Positions 49,008-57,859 of a stretch of 64,000 bases of DNA are shown piece after piece. Numbering within the stretch: the first letter of the stretch is position 1; each line of letters starts with the position of its first letter. The position numbers and the translations under genes were made by a program. A model generated the notes under the pieces. That model worked only from the letters and a program-made list of their open reading frames with translations. It ran no database searches and had not been told where the DNA came from. The stretch comes from Treponemataceae bacterium (GTDB lineage Bacteria > Spirochaetota > Spirochaetia > Treponematales > Rectinemataceae). The DNA lies in NCBI GenBank assembly GCA_963678065.2, contig CAXXVZ010000003.1:1248001-1312000 (forward strand). Reading direction: 5' to 3'.

Positions 49008-50291
49008 ATGTTCAAGAAACAGCTTCCCATCGCCAAAGCGCTTGCCCTCATCATCTTCATCGGGTTCATCGCGCTGCCGGCCATGCAGGCCCAGGAAATG
49101 CCCCGGGTGGATCAGTCCATCGAGGCGATCCGTTCCGAGGAGTACGGGGCCTTCATCAACGAGGAATTCGGTGTCGCCTTCAAGCCGATCGTCGGAAAGG
49201 AGGACTTCCTCGCCGCCATCGCGATCTCGACCGGCGCCGCGGTCGGTTCGCTCGAGCCCGCCACGACAGCAGACGGGCCCTTCGACTCTCTGGCCGCTGT
49301 CTCCATCGCGCTCAAGGCCGCGAATATGAAGGAGCTCGCCTACAGCTATCCTGCGGAGAAAGTCGGGAAAAACCTCGCCCGCGCAGGGTTCGGCTCCCTG
49401 GGGCTCGACGCCCGCTCTGCGCAGGAGCTCGCCGCCGCCGTCGACACGGGACTGATTCCACCCGCGCTCTACGCCACATTCGATCCCAAGGCCGCACCGG
49501 GCGCGGACCTGGCGAACAGCCTCGTGGGCGGAGTCCTCTCCGCGAGAGGTCTCTACAAGCACTATATCGGCTTTGTGCGCGAGATCGACATCTACGCAAA
49601 GGTAAGCGACGCATTCAGGCGCTCCAGCATCATAAAAGCGCCGGAGCTTCGCGCCATCGTCGATTCGGCCCTCAGGCAGAACCTCGTGACGGGCTACAAC
49701 CTCAAAGATTCCCGCTACGACCCGCATTTCATCGACGCGCTGACCCTCACCTACGGACACTCGGACCTCGCACACGCGATCCAGCTCCTCGGACTCCTCA
49801 AGAGCGAGAGCATCGACGCCAAGGTTCAGCTCGAACCGAAGACCTCCGCCTTCGTCTTCATGAAGGAATGGGGCGATCCGGGTCCGTCGAACGAGGACTA
49901 CGAGGTTGTCCGGATCGAGAACGGCAACTATATCGAATACGCCAGGGAATACGACATATCTTTCGAGTTCAGGATGGTACAGGACAAAGAGCGCTTCCAA
50001 CCCCTCATCTACGCCTACGCGAAGAAGAACCAGAAGAATCAGGCCGGCCTGCTGATTCAATCCTGGTGGCAGCCGCTCTATCATTCCATGACGACCATGG
50101 ACGGCTACCTCGTAATCACGAACCAGCTCATCGCCAAAGGGCCCTACTACGCGCAGTCCTTCTCGCTCAACGAGCAATCGGCCGCGATAATTCAAGGCTT
50201 CAAGTCGATCGACCCGAGTCTGGCCGTCAAAACCTATCAGTTCTGGGTGGACGAGCCGTTCTTCCGCTATCTTCAGGGAATGGCAAAGTAG
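49008..50291 (+). CDS. Hypothetical exported protein
   Basis: 427-aa ORF with GGAGG RBS, host-like codon usage and a signal peptide ending MQAQ; upstream TTGACA-N17-CATGAT. Confidence 0.75.
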   Translation: MFKKQLPIAKALALIIFIGFIALPAMQAQEMPRVDQSIEAIRSEEYGAFINEEFGVAFKPIVGKEDFLAAIAISTGAAVGSLEPATTADGPFDSLAAVSIALKAANMKELAYSYPAEKVGKNLARAGFGSLGLDARSAQELAAAVDTGLIPPALYATFDPKAAPGADLANSLVGGVLSARGLYKHYIGFVREIDIYAKVSDAFRRSSIIKAPELRAIVDSALRQNLVTGYNLKDSRYDPHFIDALTLTYGHSDLAHAIQLLGLLKSESIDAKVQLEPKTSAFVFMKEWGDPGPSNEDYEVVRIENGNYIEYAREYDISFEFRMVQDKERFQPLIYAYAKKNQKNQAGLLIQSWWQPLYHSMTTMDGYLVITNQLIAKGPYYAQSFSLNEQSAAIIQGFKSIDPSLAVKTYQFWVDEPFFRYLQGMAK

Positions 50292-50438
50292 GAATGTGCA
50301 GAGCCGGAGGGGCGCAAGATTCAGGAAAATCCGGCAGCACGAACCGATTGGACAGAACAGGGCGCGGCGAAGGAGAGGCTTTGCGGAAGGAGCTTCCGCA
50401 AAATGATCTCCCTTAAGCCGCGCCCGCACAAGAGTTTT

Positions 50439-50945
50439 TTACCTCTCCGGAGCCTTGACCAGCCCGAGACCTTGCCGCACTGCACCGAGGTGCCAGGCCC
50501 CATGGGCTACGAGACCGAGAAGACCCGTCATGAATTCGGCATCGTCCCAGGACTTCTCGGAGGCGATGACTTTCCTGAAGGCCTCGTATTCTGCCCTGAG
50601 TCCCGACAGGAGAGCCTTCCATTCCGATTCGTTCACCGTCCTCGTGTCCCAGCTTCGCGCCCAGTTCGCGTCCGCGTAGGGATTCTCGCCCTTCGCGGCG
50701 CGGTTGGCGAGTTCGAGGGTGAAGCGGACGTGATTCGCGTGCGAAGCGGCGCTGATCGGGTCGCCCGCGCAAAGCGGCGCGCTCGCCCTGGCGGCGTCGA
50801 TGCCCTCGAGTGTTCCGAGAAGACCGCTGCGCGGATCATTGTCGGTGAACCAGGTACTCGTCGTCGCCGGCCCGACATGGGCCTCGTCGAAAAGGGCCAG
50901 AGCCGCATCGGCCACTACACGCTTCTCGATCGTCGTTCCACTCAT
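50439..50945 (-). CDS. DinB/YfiT family protein
   Basis: SAASHANH...W...HGAWHLGAVRQ His pattern; AGGAGG RBS. Confidence 0.7.
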   Translation of the reverse strand: MSGTTIEKRVVADAALALFDEAHVGPATTSTWFTDNDPRSGLLGTLEGIDAARASAPLCAGDPISAASHANHVRFTLELANRAAKGENPYADANWARSWDTRTVNESEWKALLSGLRAEYEAFRKVIASEKSWDDAEFMTGLLGLVAHGAWHLGAVRQGLGLVKAPER

Positions 50946-51131
50946 ACCATTCCTCCTTCTTTTCTTTCCACGATTATCTCAAGCGATCTGCTTGATACAT
51001 GAAGGATACGACCCGATCGCGACAGACTATGTCATACTTTTCCGCAGATGCGCGTCTTTTGCGCTTTCCAGGCAAGGCGGTCGCGGATGCAGCGAAGGCA
51101 TATATTGCATCTCCACGAATTGCAGGTAAGC

Positions 51132-52043
51132 CTAGCGTGTTATAAGTTTCCCCGGAATTTTGTACATCTGCTGTGCCGGCTTGTCGCCCCTGAAACCAGC
51201 TTCGATGAGATCGGCGAGCTTCGCAGCCATGGCATCGAAATCCTGGGCGACCGTCGCGATGAAGGGACCCTGCTTAGCGATCTCGGCGCGGGCGAAGGCT
51301 GTACCGTCGATACCCACGACCTTGATCTCCTGCCTGCCGGCAGCATTGATCGCCTGCACCGCGCCCATCGCGGGCTCGTCCCATCCTGCCCAGATGCCTG
51401 CCATCGAGCCTTTGGCGGGATTTGCGGTCAGGATGTCCTGAGTAAGCTTGCGGGCGAAATCGAGAGGACCGGGCACTTCAATGTGTTTTTTGTCGACAAC
51501 CTTTATGCCGGGGATCGTGGCGAAATATGCAGCAGCAGCGGCAGCCCGCTCTCTGACTCCCGGATGGGGATCGTGCGTGAACATGTAGACCCTGCCCTTG
51601 TTCCCGATCGCGTCTGCGAGCGCCTTGGCGCTCGCCTTGCCGAGATCCGAGTTGTCGGAGGTCACGTTCAGGAGAACACCCTTCACGATGCCGGCGTCGA
51701 GGCCATAGACGGGGATGTTCACCTTCGCGGCGGCGTCGAGGCCGGCCGTCATCTGGGTGGGATCGCCCATGCCGAGCACGATGGCATCGACTTTCTGGAC
51801 GACGGCATCCTGGATCCGGCCGACGAGGAGGCCAAAATCGCCAGCCGTATCGGTGACGGTCACCTTCCAACCTCTCTTCTCGCCAATCTCCTTGAATTGA
51901 TCGATAACGTACTTGGTGGTCTCGTTAGCCATATAGGGCGTGACCACAGCCACCGTCTTCGCCTTTGGCGCGCAGAAACCGGCTGCGAGAACGACGAACG
52001 CAAAGGCCATCGTCAAGGCAGTCATCTTTCCAAACCTGCTCAT
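51132..52043 (-). CDS. Sugar ABC transporter substrate-binding protein (RbsB-like)
   Basis: Signal peptide; VTSDN, RER, WAGWDEPA.G, VGIDG, TVAQD. Confidence 0.88.
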   Translation of the reverse strand: MSRFGKMTALTMAFAFVVLAAGFCAPKAKTVAVVTPYMANETTKYVIDQFKEIGEKRGWKVTVTDTAGDFGLLVGRIQDAVVQKVDAIVLGMGDPTQMTAGLDAAAKVNIPVYGLDAGIVKGVLLNVTSDNSDLGKASAKALADAIGNKGRVYMFTHDPHPGVRERAAAAAAYFATIPGIKVVDKKHIEVPGPLDFARKLTQDILTANPAKGSMAGIWAGWDEPAMGAVQAINAAGRQEIKVVGIDGTAFARAEIAKQGPFIATVAQDFDAMAAKLADLIEAGFRGDKPAQQMYKIPGKLITR

Positions 52044-52110
52044 ACAACCCTCCTTCCATAATCGCCACCTCTACAGGCGGCGCAATAGCCTATTGGTGTC
52101 GTCCGGGGAC

Positions 52111-53619
52111 TCATGAAGATTCACTCGCCTTTGCGAGAGCCTCCCAAGTCGGCGCCAGAATCCGGTGAAGATCCTCGAAGGCGCCGGAAAGACCCCGATA
52201 CGTCCGGGACCACTCCAATTCGGGCGAATACCGCTTCGAAATACGGATGAAACCTGGTCCCGGGTCCCAGGAGGAGAACCAGCCGAGGGCTCTTCCTGCA
52301 AGAATGGCGGCGCCCCGCAGCCCGGCATCTTCGGGCTTCTCGGGCACGGCGACGGGACATTCGAATACCGACGCGATAATCCTGCACCACAATTCGGACC
52401 CTGCCCCGCCACCCACAAGGGTTACCTCATGTGCGTGAGCTCCTGATCCGCCCAAAGCCCTGAATGCATGGAGAAGCGAAAAGGCGACGCCCTCGAGGAC
52501 GGCCCGCGCGAGCTCAGCCCTCCCCGTTTCCCTTCCGATTCCTATGAAGCCGCCGCGTGCGCGCGGGGCGCGGAAGGGCATGCGTTCACCCGCAAGATAA
52601 GGAAGAAAGAGGAGCCCGGATGAGCCCGCAGCCGCAGACTCTGCCTCGCGGTTGAGGACGGAAAAGGCTTCGTCGCGCGAGGTTTCGGCGAGAAGGGCAT
52701 TCCGGAACCAGTCGTAGTTGCCCGCCGCTGTCGTGACCGCACCTATCATGATGAGATCGATTCCGTTCGGATGGCGCAGATTGAATGCGCCCAGAGCCGG
52801 ATCGACGGGAGGGCCATCGCTTGTCATCGCCACCCAGCCCGAAGTTCCAAGGTTTATGGAGAGGCGTCCCGGCACGCCGGCGCCTGAACCCAAGGTCGCG
52901 GTTGCGGCGTCGCCCGCCCCATGAATGACGGGAAGACCTTCGGGAAGTCCTGTGATGTGCGCCGCCTCGTGGGACAAAACACCAGCCACTTTATCCGCGC
53001 GCACAATCTCCGGAAAGAGATCGGTCCTGATGCCGAGACTCGCCATCAGGTCATCGTTCCATCGATTCTTGTCGAAAAGGAGGAGGCCCGTCGTCGAAGC
53101 AGTCGTGAGGTCGGTCGCGGACGCGCCGCAGAGGCGCCAGGCCAGATAATCATGAGCGCCGAGGAAGATCCACCGAGCTGAATCGAGCGTCATTTTCGCG
53201 TTGCGCGACATCCAAAGAAGCTTCGGAGCGAGCCCGCCCGCGTCCTGGGCATTCCGCGCCTCGGCTGCATGACGATCCGCGCCGTAGGTCAGCGCAATCT
53301 CCTGAGCCTCCGCCGCCGCGCGGGTATCCGAGTAGAGGATCGCCCTCGGCTGGGGCCCTGAGCCGACAATTATGAGATCCTGCATCTGGCCACTCAGGAC
53401 AAGAGCTTCGGGAACCAGATCGGAGGCACAGGCAATTTCCGAGAATGCGGAAACGCAGGCCGACCACCACTCCTCAGGGTCCTGCTCCATCTCGGCACCG
53501 TGGGCCCAGGTCCTGTATCCCCGCGAAGCCGAGGCGAACACATGCCCATCCCGGCCGATGAGGGCGACTTTTACGCCGGTAGTTCCGATGTCGGCAGCGA
53601 TCACGCATTCTACGCTCAT
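52111..53619 (-). CDS. FGGY-family sugar kinase (xylulokinase-like)
   Basis: DIGTTGVK, SGQMQ, YSDTRA, GAGDAA, NLGTSGW, PYLAGER, AVLEGVA, VGGGA.S. Confidence 0.88.
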   Translation of the reverse strand: MSVECVIAADIGTTGVKVALIGRDGHVFASASRGYRTWAHGAEMEQDPEEWWSACVSAFSEIACASDLVPEALVLSGQMQDLIIVGSGPQPRAILYSDTRAAAEAQEIALTYGADRHAAEARNAQDAGGLAPKLLWMSRNAKMTLDSARWIFLGAHDYLAWRLCGASATDLTTASTTGLLLFDKNRWNDDLMASLGIRTDLFPEIVRADKVAGVLSHEAAHITGLPEGLPVIHGAGDAATATLGSGAGVPGRLSINLGTSGWVAMTSDGPPVDPALGAFNLRHPNGIDLIMIGAVTTAAGNYDWFRNALLAETSRDEAFSVLNREAESAAAGSSGLLFLPYLAGERMPFRAPRARGGFIGIGRETGRAELARAVLEGVAFSLLHAFRALGGSGAHAHEVTLVGGGAGSELWCRIIASVFECPVAVPEKPEDAGLRGAAILAGRALGWFSSWDPGPGFIRISKRYSPELEWSRTYRGLSGAFEDLHRILAPTWEALAKASESS

Positions 53620-54401
53620 GTTTTCCTCCCCGAGGCCGCAGCCCGGAGCGAAGCCACGTACCGCTTCATCCGCTCGCTGTCTTTGGCCGCTTCGACAAGA
53701 GCCGTTCCGACGATGGCGCCATCGGCGCCGAAGCGCCTTAAGTCATCGATATCTTTGGGCGTGTTGACTCCGAACCCCACGGCGACAGGCAGGCCCTCGA
53801 CGGCTTCTTTCACCGTGGCGATCCGGGAGCCAAGTTCAGATCCAAAGGATCGTCTATCGCCTGTCTTGCCCCCGTGGCTCGGGAGGTAGATGAACCCGGC
53901 CGCATCGCCTGCGAGGAATGCAAGGGTCTCTCTGGACATGTCAGCTGCGAAACCGATCGGCTCAAGGCCCGCCTCCCGCGACGCGCGCGCAATCGCCAAT
54001 CGGTTTTTTTCCTGAATGCCGACGACAAGGATGCCCGCGAACCCCGCGGCAGCCAGGGCTCGCGCAGCGCTCTGCCCGCCAAGTTCGTCCCAGGTTTTCG
54101 CGTACATCATCGCAATAAGCGGCCGGCCCTTTGCCACGGCCGGCGCGGCGAGATGCAAGGCCATGCTCGAGTCGAGTCCGGCGCGGCGAAGGTAACCCAT
54201 GGCGTCGCGAATCACCTTTCCATCCAGGAATGGATCGTCGATGGGGAATCCTATTTCGAGAATATCGAGGCCAGCCTCGAAAGCGAGGTCTGCGACGGTC
54301 GGGAATTCCTCAGGCGAAGGATACCCCGCAGGAAGGTAACCGATGAGTGCGATCCGCCCTTCCTGGCGGGTCTTCGCGAAAACATCCCCGATCGCGCCCA
54401 T
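53616..54401 (-). CDS. trpA: Tryptophan synthase alpha-subunit paralogue (stand-alone)
   Basis: GYLPAGYP, LEIGFP.DDPFLDG, MMY, GFIYL.S.GG.TG, VGFGV, DGAIVGTALV; no trpB or other trp gene in the window. Confidence 0.8.
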   Translation of the reverse strand: MGAIGDVFAKTRQEGRIALIGYLPAGYPSPEEFPTVADLAFEAGLDILEIGFPIDDPFLDGKVIRDAMGYLRRAGLDSSMALHLAAPAVAKGRPLIAMMYAKTWDELGGQSAARALAAAGFAGILVVGIQEKNRLAIARASREAGLEPIGFAADMSRETLAFLAGDAAGFIYLPSHGGKTGDRRSFGSELGSRIATVKEAVEGLPVAVGFGVNTPKDIDDLRRFGADGAIVGTALVEAAKDSERMKRYVASLRAAASGRKT

Positions 54402-54403
54402 GA

Positions 54404-55378
54404 TCAGCCCCGTTTCCTTCCGCTGAGCCCCGAAAGGAGCACGGCGCCGACGATGATGACCCCGGTGAGAATCTGCTGAATATAAGAATTGACGCCGAGG
54501 ATGTTCATGCCGTTTCCGAGCACGCCCATGATCAGAACCCCGAGAAGAGTGCCGCCAACGTGCGGTTCACCCTCGCGGAATGCCGTTGCGCCGAGGAAGA
54601 CAGCCGCAGCCGCATTGAGCATGAAGGGATTGCCTGCCTGGGGATGGGCCGAGAACAGTCGACTTGTAAGCACGATACCAGCGATCGCGGCGCCGAGTCC
54701 CGAGATCATGAAGCCGCCGAGCCTGACGAGTCTGACATTGATGCCGGCGAGACGGGTTGCCTCAGGGTTGCCTCCGATGGCATAGAGTTTCCGGCCCAAA
54801 AGAGTCCTCTCCATGATCGTCCACACGATGGCCACGATTATCAACATGATAATGACTGCTATCGGAACAGGGCCGACGCTCCCCTGACCAATGAACCTGA
54901 ATGACTCGGGGATGCCATTGAAGAGTGTCGACCCGCCGGTAGACAGGAGAGCAAGCCCGCCGATGCTTGTCATCGTTGCCAGGGTCGCCACAAATGCGGA
55001 GAGGTTTCCATAGGCCACGAGCGCGCCATTCAGCATACCGACAAGAATTCCGACCCCGGACCCTGCCGCGAGGCCGAGTATGACGCTGCCGCTTGCAGTC
55101 ATGGTCGAGACGCACGCGACCCCCGCCAGACTCGCAATCGCTCCTATCGAGAGGTCGAAATCGCCCGTTGCCATGACCAGAGTAACTGCCGCCGCCGCGA
55201 TCGCGAGGGTCGCCGCCTGTTCCACGACATTCTTGAGATTTCCTATAGTGGGAAAGACGTCGGGCTTGAGCGCGGCGAAGACCGCGCAGAGGACGACAAA
55301 TCCGCCGAGTGTTCCCCATTTCCTGAGCAGATCCGCGAAACGCACGCGGCCATCTGATCCTGCGATGGAATTCGCCAT
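54404..55378 (-). CDS. Monosaccharide ABC transporter permease
   Basis: GDFDLSIG, AIGGNPEATRLAGI, AAVFLG. Confidence 0.88.
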   Translation of the reverse strand: MANSIAGSDGRVRFADLLRKWGTLGGFVVLCAVFAALKPDVFPTIGNLKNVVEQAATLAIAAAAVTLVMATGDFDLSIGAIASLAGVACVSTMTASGSVILGLAAGSGVGILVGMLNGALVAYGNLSAFVATLATMTSIGGLALLSTGGSTLFNGIPESFRFIGQGSVGPVPIAVIIMLIIVAIVWTIMERTLLGRKLYAIGGNPEATRLAGINVRLVRLGGFMISGLGAAIAGIVLTSRLFSAHPQAGNPFMLNAAAAVFLGATAFREGEPHVGGTLLGVLIMGVLGNGMNILGVNSYIQQILTGVIIVGAVLLSGLSGRKRG

Positions 55379-55379
55379 G

Positions 55380-56891
55380 TCATTCACTCCCTTTTCCGTA
55401 GCATTGCGCAAGGACAGTCTCCTGATCGAGGCCACGCGCATCGAGAATCGCCTCGACGCCGCCCTCCCTCATTACCATCACTCTGTCCGCGAGACCCAGA
55501 ACCTCGCCGAGATCCGAGGATGCGAGGATGATCCCCGCGCCCCGGGCCGCCATGTCCCTTACGATCTTGTAGATCTCGTAACGCGCGCCCACATCGACAC
55601 CCCGGGTCGGTTCATCGAGGAGGAGCACTTTTGCGTCGCGGGGGATCCACTTCGCGAAGACCACCTTCTGCTGATTCCCTCCCGATAATTCTCCGACTGC
55701 CTGTCGCATCGATGACGCCTTGAGCCTGACAGACTCCGCCGAAGCCTTTGCCGTTTCCAATTCCTTGCGACGATCGACGAAGACGGCCCAGCGCGACAGA
55801 CTCCGCAAGTTAGGCAGGGCGATGTTCTCCGCTATTCCTCTGCGAAGGACCAGGCCATGCTGCCTTCTCTCTTCGGGAACGAGGAGGACACCGGCATGTA
55901 TGGCAGCCAGGGGAGAAGAAGGCGAATAACGTTTCCCCAAGAGGCTTATCTCGCCACCACGCGGCCGGATCGCGCCTCCCAGAGCTTTGAGCAAGGAGGA
56001 GCGACCCGAGCCGACGAGTCCCGCCACTCCCAGTATCTCGCCTGCCCGAAGCGTGAAAGAAACGGGGCGGCCTTTCCCGCGGTCGAGGCCCTCGACACAG
56101 AGGATGTCCTCTGCCGGCGATGATTTCGACTCCGGGAAGTTGTCCACGAGGCTCCTTCCGATCATAAGCTTTATGAGCGAGCGCGGATCGGTATCGGCGA
56201 TGTCAGTGACTGCGACCGTTTCCCCGTCCTTCATGACGGTCACTCGATCGCAGAGTTCGAATATCTCGTCGAGCCGGTGGGAGACATAGAGGATGGTCTT
56301 GCCTCGGGCCCTGAGCTTTTCGATAACTGCGAACAGGTTACGGATCTCATGATCGGTCAGAGAGGCCGTCGGTTCGTCCATCACGTAGAGACGGGCTTCG
56401 TCTGCGAAGGCGCGGGCTATAGCGATCATGGACTGTTGCCCGCGCGACAACCTCGACACCGGTTGACGAAGTGGAAGTTCTACGTCGAGTTGGGCAAGGC
56501 AGGCCGCGGAGCGCCGTTCGAGCTCCCGTCGGTCGATGAGACCAAGGGCGTTCGTCGGATAGCGTCTGCCGAGGAAGATGTTTTCGCTGGCATTGAAATA
56601 CGGGACCAGGTTGAGCTCTTGATGAATGAAGCTGAAACCCAGGCGAAGGGCATCTGAGCCTGACGCAATCTCCACCTTCCTCCCGTCGAGGACGATTTTG
56701 CCTTCGTCGGGCCTCTGTATTCCCGCGATGATCTTGATCAAGGTCGATTTGCCCGCGCCGTTTTCGCCGACGAGGGCGTGGACTTCGCCCGGCTGAAGTG
56801 AAAGCGATCCTCCCTTGAGCGCATGAACTCCTCCGAAGCTTTTTCGGATACCGGAGATCTCGAGCATGGGGGGGACGGTGTCTTTTGCCAT
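55380..56891 (-). CDS. Monosaccharide ABC transporter ATP-binding protein
   Basis: GENGAGKST, MDEPTASL, LSGGNQQKV, DEPTRGVD. Confidence 0.92.
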   Translation of the reverse strand: MAKDTVPPMLEISGIRKSFGGVHALKGGSLSLQPGEVHALVGENGAGKSTLIKIIAGIQRPDEGKIVLDGRKVEIASGSDALRLGFSFIHQELNLVPYFNASENIFLGRRYPTNALGLIDRRELERRSAACLAQLDVELPLRQPVSRLSRGQQSMIAIARAFADEARLYVMDEPTASLTDHEIRNLFAVIEKLRARGKTILYVSHRLDEIFELCDRVTVMKDGETVAVTDIADTDPRSLIKLMIGRSLVDNFPESKSSPAEDILCVEGLDRGKGRPVSFTLRAGEILGVAGLVGSGRSSLLKALGGAIRPRGGEISLLGKRYSPSSPLAAIHAGVLLVPEERRQHGLVLRRGIAENIALPNLRSLSRWAVFVDRRKELETAKASAESVRLKASSMRQAVGELSGGNQQKVVFAKWIPRDAKVLLLDEPTRGVDVGARYEIYKIVRDMAARGAGIILASSDLGEVLGLADRVMVMREGGVEAILDARGLDQETVLAQCYGKGSE

Positions 56892-56892
56892 C

Positions 56893-57693
56893 TCATTCCT
56901 CCTCAAGGAGTGTCCCGACGAGCGGCTCGGCCCCGCCCTTCCTGAAATTGAAATCGTAACTGTGTCGTTTGCCAATTCGCTCTGTCGTCATGAAGAAAGA
57001 ATCCCCTGCGATGATGGCTTCGTCGTACATGAGCGCCTCGCCCTCGCCCGAACGGCTCAACCTGACAGAGAGCATCGCGGGATTGCCGGCCGCACGTCCG
57101 AGAACTGCGGCGTCAGCCTCATCGAGCAGAATCGGGACGAGGAGCTCGCGGGTCATCGCGATCGCTACGCCGCAGGTCGCCGAGATCTGGTCATAGAGCG
57201 ACAGCGCCGGGTCGTATGATTCGAGAAACGAGGCAAGCCGCGTCGCCAAGAAGGAAGACTGGAGGACGATAGGAACGCCGGCGAGTTTTCTGAGGCGCTT
57301 GATCCTGGGCAGGAGCGTCCCTGCGGGATACCCGAGAGCCTGTGCGGCCTGACTCGAAGCGACGAGGGAAGGTACTTCAAGGACGACAGTCTCGACTCGC
57401 TGATTCCGCGCCCCCATCTCTCGATCAAAACCGTATAGCCGCTCCCTTTCGAATTCGCCGACGCAGGGGGCCGTAACGAACATGCCGATACCATGGTCGG
57501 TCCTGATCAGTTCTTCCTCTTCAAGAAACTCGAGGGCACGCCGCACGGTCATAACCGTCGTCGAGAATTCCGCGGCCAGCTCCCGCTGGGTTGGGATTTT
57601 GACCCCGTCCGCCCATTGGCCGCTCGTTATCCTTGACCTGATTTCCGTGGCGATAGCGATATAGAGCGGCAATCCTTTGTTTCCCGAGATCAT
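56893..57693 (-). CDS. GntR family regulator (HutC/UTRA subfamily)
   Basis: PLY..IA, KIPTQRELAAEF.TTVMTVRRAL..L, GIGMFV; C-terminal UTRA-like domain. Confidence 0.88.
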   Translation of the reverse strand: MISGNKGLPLYIAIATEIRSRITSGQWADGVKIPTQRELAAEFSTTVMTVRRALEFLEEEELIRTDHGIGMFVTAPCVGEFERERLYGFDREMGARNQRVETVVLEVPSLVASSQAAQALGYPAGTLLPRIKRLRKLAGVPIVLQSSFLATRLASFLESYDPALSLYDQISATCGVAIAMTRELLVPILLDEADAAVLGRAAGNPAMLSVRLSRSGEGEALMYDEAIIAGDSFFMTTERIGKRHSYDFNFRKGGAEPLVGTLLEEE

Positions 57694-57701
57694 CAGCTAC
57701 C

Positions 57702-57766
57702 CTCTAAGTGTTATAGTGTTCTATAACACTTAGAGCAAGTCTAAATGCGAAATCGAAATCTGTCAA
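57702..57766 (-). promoter_or_regulatory. Sigma70 promoter (TTGACA-N17-TAGACT) followed by a perfect 34-bp palindrome (GntR operator)
   Basis: CTCTAAGTGTTATAG-TGTT-CTATAACACTTAGAG at 57702-57735; -10 at 57738-57743, -35 at 57761-57766. Confidence 0.75.
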
Positions 57767-57859
57767 TCAAAAATCCGCTTTAGTGGAGATCAGCGCTCCC
57801 TGGCCAGCAGGTCAAAAACCCGGATTGAGTCAAAGGATTCTGCGTACGCAGTTGTTTCC

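Noticed and set aside
53616..54401. TrpA-like protein as the missing UlaD of the ascorbate cluster
   Set aside because: Same barrel superfamily, but it lacks the DxKxxD motif of UlaD/HPS and lies about 37 kb away under a different regulator.
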